From Candidatus Eiseniibacteriota bacterium (lineage in GTDB: Bacteria; Eisenbacteria; RBG-16-71-46), in NCBI GenBank assembly GCA_038231135.1, contig JBBRLX010000012.1, positions 32,001 to 96,000 on the forward strand: a stretch of DNA of 64,000 bases. The letters are read 5' to 3'. Positions 17,125-27,219 of this stretch are shown piece after piece; within the stretch, counting starts at the first letter, position 1, and each line of letters begins with the position of its first letter. The notes under the pieces were generated by a model. It was given only the letters and a program-made list of their open reading frames with translations, made no database searches and was not told the DNA's origin. The position numbers and the translations under genes are program-made.

Positions 17125-19326
17125 ATGACTTCCACGTCGCATCGCATGCACCGCCTGTCCACGAACCAGCGCCAGCCGCGCGTGTTCGATCCGCCGCGCC
17201 AGCCAGATGGCCACCGTTCGCCCGTCAGCGCCTACTTCGGCCGCCACGTGCTGGACCTGATCAAGCTCAAGGAGCGGCTGCCGCGCGAGGTGTACCAGCA
17301 ACTGCTCACCACGCTGCGCAACGCCACGCCGCTCACCGCCGACGCCGCCGAGACGATCGCGTCGGTGGCGCGCGAATGGGCGACGTCGCACGGCGCCACC
17401 CATTTCACGCACTGGTTCCAGCCGATGACGGGGCTCACGGCCGAGAAGCACGACAGCTTCATCGACCTCAACGTCACGATGTCGGGAGAGTTCAAGGTGC
17501 TCGAGCGGTTCTCGGGCGCGCAGCTAACGCAGAGCGAGCCCGACGCCAGCTCGTTCCCGTCGGGCGGCATGCGTAGCACGTTCGAGGCGCGCGGCTACAC
17601 GGCGTGGGACCCCAGCTCGCCGATGTTCCTCGTCGAGAGCGTGAACGGGCGCACGCTGTGCGTGCCGTCGGTGTTCGTGAGCTATCACGGCGAGAGCCTC
17701 GATCACAAGACGCCGCTGCTGCGGGCGCTCGACGCGCTGAGCCGCACCGCGGTGCCGTTCCTCAAGCTGCTCGGCGACGTCGACGTGCGGTCCGTCAACG
17801 CGACGCTGGGCTGCGAGCAGGAGTATTTCCTGATCGACCGCGACCAGTACACCACGCGCCCGGACCTCGTGCTGTGCGACCGCACGCTGGTTGGCGCGGC
17901 GTCGGCGCGCGGCCAGCAGTTCGAGGACCATTACTTCGGGTCGATCCCGCCGCGCGTGCTCGCCTACATGGAGGAGCTGGAGTTCGAGCTGCACCGCCTC
18001 GGCATTCCGGTGAAGACGCGCCACAACGAGGTGGCGCCGATGCAGTTCGAGATGGCGCCGATCTTCGAGGACGCGAATCTAGCGAACGACCACAACGCGC
18101 TGTCGATGGACATCGCGCGCAAGGTCGCGCTGCGCCACGACTTCGTGTGCGTGTTCCACGAGAAGCCGTTCTGGGGCTTGAACGGCAGCGGCAAGCACTG
18201 CAACTGGAGCCTCGTGACCGATCGCGGCGAGAACCTGCTCGATCCGGGCCGGACGCCGCACCAGAACCTGAGGTTCCTGGCGTTCGTAGCGGTGTGCATC
18301 AAGGCCGTGCACGACCACGCGGACGCGATCCGGTTCTCGGTGTCGGGGCCGAACAACGACCTGCGGCTCGGCGCCAACGAGGCGCCGCCCGCGATCATGA
18401 GCGTGTTCGTCGGCGACCTGCTCACGAAGATCATCGAGCGCATCATGTCGGGCGCCGCGTCCGGCGACCCCGAGCACTTCGTAATGGAGGTTGGCGTGGC
18501 GCGGCTGCCGCAGCTCGCGCGCGACAACACCGACCGCAACCGCACCTCGCCGTTCGCGTTCACCGGCAACAAGTTCGAGTTCCGCGCCGTCGGCAGCAGT
18601 GCCAACTGCGCGGGCCCGATGACGATGCTGATCGCCGCGGTCGCGGACGCGATCGCCACCATGACGCCACGGCTCGAGTCCAAGATCAAGGCCGGCACCG
18701 CGCGCGACCAGGCCGTGCTCGACCTGCTGCGCGAGGTATTCAAGGAGACGTCGGCGGTGCGGTTCGAAGGCAATGGCTACAGCGCCGAATGGAAGGACGA
18801 GGCGGCCCGCCGCGGGCTGCCGAACCTGACCGACACGCCGGCGTCGATCGCAGCGCTGGCCGATGACCCCAAACGCACCGCATTCCTGCGCGAGCAGGCG
18901 ATCTTCACCGAGCGCGAGCTGGCGAGCCGGTTCAGCGTGGCGCTCGAGCGCTACATCAAGACGGTGATGCTCGAGGCGGAGACGCTGATCGAGATCCTCG
19001 GCACGTTCGTGATTCCATCGGCCGAGAAGCAGCTCGCGGTGTCGGCGAATGCGCTGCGGGACGCCCCAGGCGGCGTGACCGGGCTCGACAAGCGGCTGCG
19101 GGCGATCGCGCTCGCGCTCGCCGACGGCCTCGCGGGCGTCGATCGGCTGCAGGAGTTGATCGCGGGAGATGGCGGCCACGACGAGGCGGCATTCGCGCGC
19201 AAGCTGGCCTCCGAGGTGCGGCCGGCGATGGAGGCGGCGCGCGCGGCGTGCGACCGGCTCGAGCGGCTTGTCGATCACGACCTGTGGACGATGCCCAAGT
19301 ACCGGGAGATGCTGTTCGTCCGCTGA
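17125..19326 (+). CDS. glnA: Glutamine synthetase type III
   Basis: GATHFTHWFQPMTGLTAEKHDSF, EPDASSFPSGGMRSTFEARGYTAWD, GCEQEYFL, KTRHNEVAP, HEKPF.GLNGSGKHCNWS, RLGANEAPPAI, DRNRTSPFAFTGNKFEFRAVG; GGAG RBS; 733 aa. Confidence 0.96.
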   Translation: MTSTSHRMHRLSTNQRQPRVFDPPRQPDGHRSPVSAYFGRHVLDLIKLKERLPREVYQQLLTTLRNATPLTADAAETIASVAREWATSHGATHFTHWFQPMTGLTAEKHDSFIDLNVTMSGEFKVLERFSGAQLTQSEPDASSFPSGGMRSTFEARGYTAWDPSSPMFLVESVNGRTLCVPSVFVSYHGESLDHKTPLLRALDALSRTAVPFLKLLGDVDVRSVNATLGCEQEYFLIDRDQYTTRPDLVLCDRTLVGAASARGQQFEDHYFGSIPPRVLAYMEELEFELHRLGIPVKTRHNEVAPMQFEMAPIFEDANLANDHNALSMDIARKVALRHDFVCVFHEKPFWGLNGSGKHCNWSLVTDRGENLLDPGRTPHQNLRFLAFVAVCIKAVHDHADAIRFSVSGPNNDLRLGANEAPPAIMSVFVGDLLTKIIERIMSGAASGDPEHFVMEVGVARLPQLARDNTDRNRTSPFAFTGNKFEFRAVGSSANCAGPMTMLIAAVADAIATMTPRLESKIKAGTARDQAVLDLLREVFKETSAVRFEGNGYSAEWKDEAARRGLPNLTDTPASIAALADDPKRTAFLREQAIFTERELASRFSVALERYIKTVMLEAETLIEILGTFVIPSAEKQLAVSANALRDAPGGVTGLDKRLRAIALALADGLAGVDRLQELIAGDGGHDEAAFARKLASEVRPAMEAARAACDRLERLVDHDLWTMPKYREMLFVR

Positions 19327-19337
19327 CGAGGGCCGCG

Positions 19338-22300
19338 ATGACCACCGAATCGCATCACCCGCCGGACGGCCTGCTGTTGGCCTTTGACCGAACCCAGCGC
19401 GGAGCCGCGGAGCTCATGCCGCAGCTCGCGCTGTGGGAGGACCTGCTCGCGCTGGTGGTCGATCCCGACAGCCCGCGCGTGGCGGATCGCGCCCGCAAGC
19501 GGGAGTTGCTGTCGTTCCTGCTCGAGCGCGGCGGCATCGACGAGGCGGCGTTCTGGAACCTGGGACGCGGCCGCCGCGGCCGCATGTTCCTCGCGCGCTG
19601 GTCGCGGGTGTCGCGCGAGATCCCGCAACTCGAGCTGACGTCGTTCGATCTCGACAAGGTGCTGAAGGAACGGCACCGCCACGAGCCGCTCACGGTGGGA
19701 GCGGCGTGGCACCACGGCTTCTGGCGTTCGTATTTCTCGCACGCCGCGATCACGCATCCCGCGAACGACGGGCTGCGCGAGGAGTTCTCGACGGCGTGGG
19801 ACATCGGCCGCCGCCATCCGGCGGTGATGTTCCGCACCGGAGCGGGCATCGAATTCCAGCCGCTGCGCTCGATCCGGCTCGCGTTGCCGATGATCGTCGG
19901 GCCGTTCCGCCACACGGACGGCATCACGCTCGAGCGCGCCTGGCTCGAAGCCGTGGCGGGCCCGCAGCCGGCGGACGGGCCTTCGGGCGGGTCGCTGGTG
20001 GTCGTCGACGGCATGAGGTTCATGGAGAACGTTGCGGAACTGCTGCCGCACGCCCGGCATCTGGTCGTGCGCGTTCGCCACGCGCAGCTCGCGGCGATCG
20101 ATGCGGCGTGGCCGTCGTCGGCTGCGCTGCGCGACCTGCTGGCGGTGGCGCGCATGATCGAAGTGGTGTGGAGTCCGGGCATCGCCACCGATGTCGCCGC
20201 GCTGCGCGAACGCCATCCGGAGCTGCTGGTGTCCGTATTCATGAAGTACGAGGCGGGCGGGCGGATCGAGGCGGGCCAGGGAACGACGCAGGACTTCTGG
20301 CGCGCGCTCGAGGACACGGTGCGCCTCGAATCCGTGGCGATGATCCACTACCACGCGGGGCCCGAGAAGTCCTACCGGCTGACGCCTCGCATCGACGCGT
20401 ATCTCAAGGCGCGATTCCTGCGCGCGCGCGTGCAACTCGTGTCCGCGGGCGGTGACACCGACACGCAGGCGTCGGCGGCGACGGTGTACGAATCGGTGCT
20501 GCTGGGCGCCAACGGCGGCGCGATGACCGACGTGGCGGCGATCGCGCTCCTGCCGGGGCTGATCGAGGTGTATCACGGTGCCGATCCAGCGCCGGTGCTC
20601 GAGGAGCTGAAGTCGCTCCCGAAGCGGGAGCTGCGCGAGCTGGCGGCGAATTCGCTCGACTGCTGGCAGCACAGCATCCTCGATTTCCTGTCGTGCATGG
20701 GCATCGACGACATCCAGAAGACCTCGGGCAACACCATGGCGATCACCATGACCGAGGACTGGATCCGCGAGGTGGACGCGCTCGCCACGCCGGCGTTCGG
20801 CGCCGTCAATCGCGAGCTGAACGCCGCGCGCATCGCCGCCGAGCCGGTGCCGGCGGACGTGCGTGAGCGCTACCGCGTGTCGTCGCTGCTGACGGAGCGC
20901 GTGGCGGAGCTGCCGCTGGTGGCGGCGGCGAAGATCCTCGCCCACGACAACGCGAACTTCCATCTCGAGAACACCAACCGGAACCTGAGCGCCGACTTCC
21001 TCGAGGTGATTTACCGCATGGCGGCGGGCGAGCTGCCGACCGCGGACGAGTTCCTGATCGACAGCGACATGGGCGAGCTGTCGCTCGACTCGGTGGGCGT
21101 GCAAGTGTCGCGCGAGTCGATCGCCTGGTCGCTGGCCCGGCTGGCGCGCGATCCGGCGCTGCTGGACTACGTGTCGCTCGCGGTGCCGCGCGGCTTCATG
21201 CGGCCGGGCGCAGTGGCGGCAGGCGCCCGGGTCGAGATCCGCGCGGCGTCGGACGGCCCGGCGCTGGTGGCGTTCACCGCCGATGCCCGCGGCGGATTCG
21301 AGCACCCGCTCGCCGCCGGGCATCCGCTGGATGCCGCGCTCGCGGGCGATTCACCGCTGTGGCTGGTCGTGCGCGACGCCGCGGGCGCGGAGCGGCGCAC
21401 CGAGCTGCAGGCGCTGGCGCATGGCGGGCACGGCCTCGGCGTGGCGCGGGCCTCGCGCGACGGCGCGGTCACGCTGCGGCGTGATCCGCGCGGCGGCGTG
21501 GTGATCGCCGGATTCGGGTTCCGCGAGCCGATCTGGCACGGGCCCGTCGCCCACGCCAGCATCTCGCTGGGGGCCGCGTCGGAGGACTTCCTCACCGCGC
21601 GCATCGAGGGCAACGCCGGGCTGGCGATGACGTCGTCCGGCGAAGGCGGCCCGATCCGCTTCGCCGGCGGCGAGATGGCGTGGGAGAGCATGCAGGCCGC
21701 GAGCGGGCACTTTGGCATCCACGCCGCCGACCTCCGGCGCGTGCGCGACGTCGAGATCAAGATCAACCAGGGCGCCAAGCCCGGCAAGGGCGGCCGGCTG
21801 TCGGGCGCCAAGGTCACGTCGACCGTGAGCCGGGCGCGCAACATCCCGATCGGCACCGACGCGCTGTCGCCCGATCCCAAGCACGACATCTATTCGATCG
21901 AGGACATGCCGGCCGAGGTGTGGCTGTGGCTGCTGTACCACAACCATTGCGGCATCAAGATCACCGGCTCCAACTACACGCGGTTCGTGGCCGCGGGCAT
22001 GTGGTCGAACTTCGTCGTCGACTATCTGCTCGTCGACGCCGGCCTCGGCGGCTCGGGCAACTACCACGCCGACAGCTCGCACGTCGGCTGGCCCGACATC
22101 TTCCGCACGATCCTGCACACCCACCACGCGCTGGTGTCCGAAAAGGTCGACCTCGACCGCTCGGGCCGGCTCCAGTCGCTGCGCGACTCGAACGGCGCGC
22201 CGTTCGGCGCCACGGGCGGCACGCGGCTGCTGGCGTCGGGCGGCCTGCGCGGCGAACTCGACATGATCAAGGTGCTGATCGCCGGCGCCGACGCGCTCGT

Positions 22301-25300
22301 CGAGGCCAGCATCGGCAAGGCGGTGGCGTTCGGCTGCAACCAGTGCGGTAACTGCCATCTCGACTGCCCGCGGGGCGGCATCACCACCAAGCCCGAGCTG
22401 ACGGTGCAGAACGACCGCGTGCTGATGCGCCAGCGGTTCCGCAACTGGACCGTGCTCAATATGGTGAAGCTGGCGGTGCTGATCGACGCGATGAACCGCG
22501 AGAGCGGCGCGCTCGACGAGGCCGGCCAGGTGGCGGTGGCGTCCATGCTGCTGAGCGACATCCGCCAGCTCCGCGGCCGCACGGATCTGCTCGCGATGCC
22601 GGTGCGCCCGCGCCCGGCGGACGGCTCGGTGCACGGGACTGTCGCCACGCCGTCCGCGATGACCGCGCGCGCCGCCGATGCCTCGGGGGCGCCCGCGATC
22701 GTCACGAGCGGGGCGGGCGCGGGGACCCGGCTCGAGCCCGAACGCGATTCGTGCCGCGTCGGCTCGCTCGCGGTGTCGGAGCCGGTCACGGTGCACGCGA
22801 TCTGGGAGTCGGCGCGGCTGTCGTACAACGGCGGCAACAATCGCGGCGGCGGCATCGATTTCGCCGGGTTCGCGCCGGCCGCGGTGCGCGAGAAGACCTG
22901 CGTGATCGTGAACACGATCGGCCCCGACCGCGCCGACACGATGCGCGAGATGCTGGATCACTTCGCCGGCTGCCGGTTCTTCGACGCCGCGGGCGCGAAG
23001 CTGACGCTCGACCAGGTGCGGTCGCGGCTGCCGGAGTTCCGCGTGCCGGTGCGCGGGCAGTGCGCGGCCGAGGACGGCTGGCGGCTCGCCGACCTGCGCG
23101 AGAATCCCGGCGACTTCACCGTGCTGTTCGTGGACCTGCGCGATGACGTGCTCGACCGCTACGGCCGCATGCTGCTCGCGAGCGAGCACTGGCTGCAGCG
23201 CCTCACGAAGTACGGCGAATTCGCCGCCGAGCCGGCGCCCGATCAGCTCGAGGACTTCACCGCCGACGTGCGCGAGGAGTACTTCACGGCGCTCGCCCAT
23301 CTGCTGGATTCCCGCTACTACCGCACGCACGCGCCCGCCGGCAGCACGCCGCCCGCCGGCAAGTACGCGGCGAAGCGCCGCGGCTTCGTGGTGTCGATGG
23401 GCGAGGACCTGGGCGCGATCAAGATCTCGGGCTGGACGCACACGATCCCCGAGTACTTCGACTTCGACCGGTTCTGGGCGGGTTACCCCGGCGCCGCGCC
23501 GGACGGCGTGGACATGCGCATCAAGGGCCGTCCGCTAAGGACCACCGCGCTGCACGCCCACGTGTGGGGCATGCACCATCGCTACCCCACGAACTCGCCG
23601 GCGATCGATGCCGAGGGCCGCGGCAACCCGGCGGGCGCGCATCCATTCAAGGCGTACAACGTGCTGCTGATGCACAACGGCGAGCAGGTGGCGGTGGATT
23701 CGACCGCGCCGTTCCTGATGGAGTACGGCTACGTGCACGCCGATCCGACGATGGGCCCGGGCCACGCCGACTATCACGGCGACTCGGTGTACGAACGCAA
23801 GGCGCTGACCGACACCGAATACGCGGCGTATCTCGTCGACTTCACGCGCCGCGTGCTGGGACTGACCACCGAGGAGGCGAGCCAGATCATCTCGCCGATC
23901 ACGGGCTTCGATCTCGCGAACATGGATCCGGTACGCCGTACCAAATTCGAGCTGCTGATGCGCAACTACGTGCAGCTCACGCCGACCGGTCCCTACAAGT
24001 TCACGATCGTGGAATCGCGCCGGCATCACGCGCCGTCCGCGAATGGCGGCGCCCGCTCGGCGCGGGTGGTGGGATTCCGCGAGAACATGGACATCAAGTT
24101 CCTGCGCCCGCACGAGATCGTGGTCAGCACCGACACCGGCAAGGGCGGCGTGCACGTGGTGGCGAACGGCAGCGAGGCCAAGATCGCCGACAGCATGCTG
24201 CGGGCGCTGCACGTGCAGGGCGTGCTGCCGGACGCCGCGCACGACCTGCGCTTCAACATGCGCCCCGGCGGCACGCCGGAGCGGCGCGACTACGGCGGCG
24301 TGTTCGAGGCGTTCACCGTTCCCGGCAGCGGCCGGCTCGACCTGAGCAACCGGTTCGGCGAGCCCGTCGAGGTGGCGCGGCGCGGCGCCAAGGTCGATTT
24401 CGCGGTGCCGCTCGACCAGGCGGTGGCGCGCGCGAACGGGCCGTGGAAGCAGCAGATCGACGCGCGCCTGCGGCAGCTCGCCGCGGCCGTCGACCCGCTC
24501 GCGGACGCGGCCGGCCGCCGACGGCGGTTCGGGCCCGACGACGACCTGCCGGCGCCGGCGTCGGAGTTGCTCGAGAGCCTGCTCGATCACACGCGCTCGG
24601 TGACGTTCGAGGACTATCGTTGTTTGGTGGAGCACGCGCTGCCCGAATGGGCGCGCGGCGGCGCGACGCCCGAGCCGGTGAAGGACGTGCGCACCGCCGT
24701 GGCGCTGCGCATCCTCACCGAGCTGCGCAAGCGCGTGAGCCTCGGCGACCTCGGCGGGAAGTCGCTGTCGAGCATGGAATATCTCACCGACGGCGGTCGC
24801 TCCGCCGACGGCAGCCCGGAGGGCGGCGTGTACCGGCTGCTCGATCGCGTCACGCCGCTGCACGCGGCGCTCGCGCCGCCGGCGCCGTCCGGACGCTGGG
24901 GCCGGCTCACGCTCGGCACCCGCGACGACCTGCTGCCGCCCACCGATCCCGAACGCGACGTGCTGGTGATCGACTTCCGCGGCTTCGAGAGCGAATCGTT
25001 CCGCATGGACTCGGCGTCGCGCACCGTGAGCGAGGCCGTGCGCATGGGCTGGCGGCAGTTCGTGGGCTACGACTTCATCGGCGGGCCGCGCTACATCGGC
25101 ACCAATCTACCGGCCGCGGACGGGCTTGCGGCGGTGGGCGTGACGCTCGAGCTCTACGGCCGCGAGTTCGGCGACTTCATTGGCGCGCTGCTCGAGGGCG
25201 CGCGCGTGTTCGTGTACGGCCAGGGCGAGAGCCACGTCGGCATGAAGGCCGATTCGGGCTACCTGTTCGTGCTGCAGGACATGCTCAACACCGGCATGTA

Positions 25301-25886
25301 CGCGGCGCACGGGGGCACGGTGAACGTGTGGGATTCGGGCTCGCGGTTCGCGGTCGCCGGTCAGAACAAGGTGCTGCTCGCCGACGGCAAGACCCCCGCG
25401 CCGGGTTTCAAGTCGATCCATTTCGGATCGCCCAACGAATACGCGTTCGAGTACCTGATGTCGGGCGGCGATAACTCGTTCCACGTCGTGATGGGACTCC
25501 AGAAGCCCGACGCGCGCGGCAACCTGTCGCTCAAGCCGCGGCCGTATTCCGGAAAGTTCTTCATGTCGGGCGCCGCGGCCGGCCGCGTGTTCGTATTCGA
25601 CCCGCTCGTGAAGCTCGATCCTGCGCAGTACACGGGCAACGTGCTGTCGGCGGTCACGCCCGAGGAGTGGGCCCGGGAGATCGGCCCGTTCATTGCGGAC
25701 GAGGCGGGGCGGCGCGGGCTGCCGATCCGCATCGAGGGGGACGCGATCCGCATCCGGCTCGACGGCGAGTGGCAGCGCTGGCACCGGGACGAGGCGTTCG
25801 CGAAGCTGATCCCGGTCAGGATCGCGAAGGCCGCGCAGCAGCAGGGCATCGCCCCGCCGGCGCTGACCCAGATCGTCGGGGAATAG
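19338..25886 (+). CDS. Domain-permuted glutamate synthase large-subunit-like protein (FMN-like, FMN/FeS, Ntn amidotransferase, GXGXG)
   Basis: SSGEGG, QAASGHFG, EIKINQGAKPGKGGRLSGAKV, SPDPKHDIYSIED and CNQCGNCHLDCPRGGITT (FMN domain) come before ERDSC, HHRYPTNS, AHPF, HNGE and TDTE (class II GATase). A C-terminal GXGXG beta-helix follows (GPRYIG, GDFIGALLEG, YAAHGG, YAFEYLMSGG). 2182 aa. Confidence 0.88.
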   Translation: MTTESHHPPDGLLLAFDRTQRGAAELMPQLALWEDLLALVVDPDSPRVADRARKRELLSFLLERGGIDEAAFWNLGRGRRGRMFLARWSRVSREIPQLELTSFDLDKVLKERHRHEPLTVGAAWHHGFWRSYFSHAAITHPANDGLREEFSTAWDIGRRHPAVMFRTGAGIEFQPLRSIRLALPMIVGPFRHTDGITLERAWLEAVAGPQPADGPSGGSLVVVDGMRFMENVAELLPHARHLVVRVRHAQLAAIDAAWPSSAALRDLLAVARMIEVVWSPGIATDVAALRERHPELLVSVFMKYEAGGRIEAGQGTTQDFWRALEDTVRLESVAMIHYHAGPEKSYRLTPRIDAYLKARFLRARVQLVSAGGDTDTQASAATVYESVLLGANGGAMTDVAAIALLPGLIEVYHGADPAPVLEELKSLPKRELRELAANSLDCWQHSILDFLSCMGIDDIQKTSGNTMAITMTEDWIREVDALATPAFGAVNRELNAARIAAEPVPADVRERYRVSSLLTERVAELPLVAAAKILAHDNANFHLENTNRNLSADFLEVIYRMAAGELPTADEFLIDSDMGELSLDSVGVQVSRESIAWSLARLARDPALLDYVSLAVPRGFMRPGAVAAGARVEIRAASDGPALVAFTADARGGFEHPLAAGHPLDAALAGDSPLWLVVRDAAGAERRTELQALAHGGHGLGVARASRDGAVTLRRDPRGGVVIAGFGFREPIWHGPVAHASISLGAASEDFLTARIEGNAGLAMTSSGEGGPIRFAGGEMAWESMQAASGHFGIHAADLRRVRDVEIKINQGAKPGKGGRLSGAKVTSTVSRARNIPIGTDALSPDPKHDIYSIEDMPAEVWLWLLYHNHCGIKITGSNYTRFVAAGMWSNFVVDYLLVDAGLGGSGNYHADSSHVGWPDIFRTILHTHHALVSEKVDLDRSGRLQSLRDSNGAPFGATGGTRLLASGGLRGELDMIKVLIAGADALVEASIGKAVAFGCNQCGNCHLDCPRGGITTKPELTVQNDRVLMRQRFRNWTVLNMVKLAVLIDAMNRESGALDEAGQVAVASMLLSDIRQLRGRTDLLAMPVRPRPADGSVHGTVATPSAMTARAADASGAPAIVTSGAGAGTRLEPERDSCRVGSLAVSEPVTVHAIWESARLSYNGGNNRGGGIDFAGFAPAAVREKTCVIVNTIGPDRADTMREMLDHFAGCRFFDAAGAKLTLDQVRSRLPEFRVPVRGQCAAEDGWRLADLRENPGDFTVLFVDLRDDVLDRYGRMLLASEHWLQRLTKYGEFAAEPAPDQLEDFTADVREEYFTALAHLLDSRYYRTHAPAGSTPPAGKYAAKRRGFVVSMGEDLGAIKISGWTHTIPEYFDFDRFWAGYPGAAPDGVDMRIKGRPLRTTALHAHVWGMHHRYPTNSPAIDAEGRGNPAGAHPFKAYNVLLMHNGEQVAVDSTAPFLMEYGYVHADPTMGPGHADYHGDSVYERKALTDTEYAAYLVDFTRRVLGLTTEEASQIISPITGFDLANMDPVRRTKFELLMRNYVQLTPTGPYKFTIVESRRHHAPSANGGARSARVVGFRENMDIKFLRPHEIVVSTDTGKGGVHVVANGSEAKIADSMLRALHVQGVLPDAAHDLRFNMRPGGTPERRDYGGVFEAFTVPGSGRLDLSNRFGEPVEVARRGAKVDFAVPLDQAVARANGPWKQQIDARLRQLAAAVDPLADAAGRRRRFGPDDDLPAPASELLESLLDHTRSVTFEDYRCLVEHALPEWARGGATPEPVKDVRTAVALRILTELRKRVSLGDLGGKSLSSMEYLTDGGRSADGSPEGGVYRLLDRVTPLHAALAPPAPSGRWGRLTLGTRDDLLPPTDPERDVLVIDFRGFESESFRMDSASRTVSEAVRMGWRQFVGYDFIGGPRYIGTNLPAADGLAAVGVTLELYGREFGDFIGALLEGARVFVYGQGESHVGMKADSGYLFVLQDMLNTGMYAAHGGTVNVWDSGSRFAVAGQNKVLLADGKTPAPGFKSIHFGSPNEYAFEYLMSGGDNSFHVVMGLQKPDARGNLSLKPRPYSGKFFMSGAAAGRVFVFDPLVKLDPAQYTGNVLSAVTPEEWAREIGPFIADEAGRRGLPIRIEGDAIRIRLDGEWQRWHRDEAFAKLIPVRIAKAAQQQGIAPPALTQIVGE

Positions 25887-25964
25887 ACCCGGCTCGATTT
25901 CGTGGCCGGTCTTGGCTAGGTTCTCCGGGTTGCCCGCCTGCGCGGGCGGCACCGGAGGCCGACG

Positions 25965-26468
25965 ATGACCGAGATTCCCGCGGACGATCCCACCACCCGG
26001 CTGTTCCTGCGTCACGCGCTCGCGACGCTCGCCTACCGCGCCGGGAAGACCGTGCGCGGGACGCCGGCGGAGTTCGGCGCGTATCGCGCGACGCCGGACG
26101 CGCCGTCGTGCGTCGAGATCCTGGCGCACATGGGCGACCTCATGGAGTGGGTGCTGCGGATGGTGCAGGGCGAGCCGCGCTGGACCACGGCGACGCCGCT
26201 CGCGTGGTCCGGCGAGATCGCGCGGTTCTTCGCCGCGCTCGGCGCGCTGGACGCGCAGCTCGCGTCGAACGCGCCGATCCGGTTCGAGCCGGCGCGGCTG
26301 TTCCAGGGCGGCATCGCGGACGCATTCACCCACACCGGGCAGCTCGCGATGCTGCGCCGCATGTCGGGGCACAAGATGCCGGGCGAGAACTACGCGCGGG
26401 CCGACATCGTGGCCGGGCGCGTAGGGCTCGACCAGATACCGCCCGAGCCGAAGTACGAGTTCGATTGA
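25965..26468 (+). CDS. DinB-like protein
   Basis: LRHALATLAYR, EILAHMGDL, ADAFTHTGQLAMLRR; GGAGG RBS. Confidence 0.7.
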   Translation: MTEIPADDPTTRLFLRHALATLAYRAGKTVRGTPAEFGAYRATPDAPSCVEILAHMGDLMEWVLRMVQGEPRWTTATPLAWSGEIARFFAALGALDAQLASNAPIRFEPARLFQGGIADAFTHTGQLAMLRRMSGHKMPGENYARADIVAGRVGLDQIPPEPKYEFD

Positions 26469-26496
26469 GCCCGCCGAGCCGGGAACTGGAGCACTG

Positions 26497-27219
26497 ATGA
26501 GTGCCGGAGATATGCAGGACCGGGTCCAGGCGCTGGACGTGCGCTTCGCCGTGCCCGCTGCGGGCGACGTGTCGGGCCTGTGGCTGCGGCCGACCACGGC
26601 GCACGCGGCATTCGTGTTCGCCCATGGCGCGGGCGCCGGCATGCGGCACGAATTCATGGAGGACCTGTCGCAGCGGCTGGCATTGCGCGGGGTCGCGACG
26701 TTGCGCTACGCGTTTCCCTACAGCGATCGCGGCAGCCGGCGCATCGATCCGCAGCCGGTGCTGCTCGCGACCGTGCGGGCCGCCGTAGCCCGGGCCCGCG
26801 AGCTGGCGGGAGGTCTGCCGCTGGTGGCGGGCGGCAAGTCGATGGGAGGGCGCATGACGACGCTCGCGGCTTCGGCGGCGCCGCTCGACGGCGTGCGAGG
26901 CATCGTGCTCACGGGGTTTCCGCTGCACGCGGCCGGCGCGCCGCCCAATGTGACGCGCGCCCAGCACCTCACGACGGTCGGCGTGCCGATGCTGTTCCTC
27001 CAGGGCACCCGCGATTCGCTCGCCGATCTCGAGCTGATGCGCGGGGTGTGCGACGGCCTCGGCGCACGCGCCACGCTGCACGTGGTGGACGGTGCCGACC
27101 ATGGCTTCCACGTGCTCAAGCGCTCGGGACGCGACGACGACGCGGTGCTCGACGAGCTGGCCGATACGATCGACCACTGGGTGCGCGTACTGGCGCCCGT
27201 CGCCGGGGAGGCACCGTGA
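26497..27219 (+). CDS. Alpha/beta hydrolase (KANL3/Tex30-like)
   Basis: AHGAGAGM, nucleophile GGKSMGGR, GFPLH, FLQGTRD, GADHGF. Confidence 0.88.
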   Translation: MSAGDMQDRVQALDVRFAVPAAGDVSGLWLRPTTAHAAFVFAHGAGAGMRHEFMEDLSQRLALRGVATLRYAFPYSDRGSRRIDPQPVLLATVRAAVARARELAGGLPLVAGGKSMGGRMTTLAASAAPLDGVRGIVLTGFPLHAAGAPPNVTRAQHLTTVGVPMLFLQGTRDSLADLELMRGVCDGLGARATLHVVDGADHGFHVLKRSGRDDDAVLDELADTIDHWVRVLAPVAGEAP

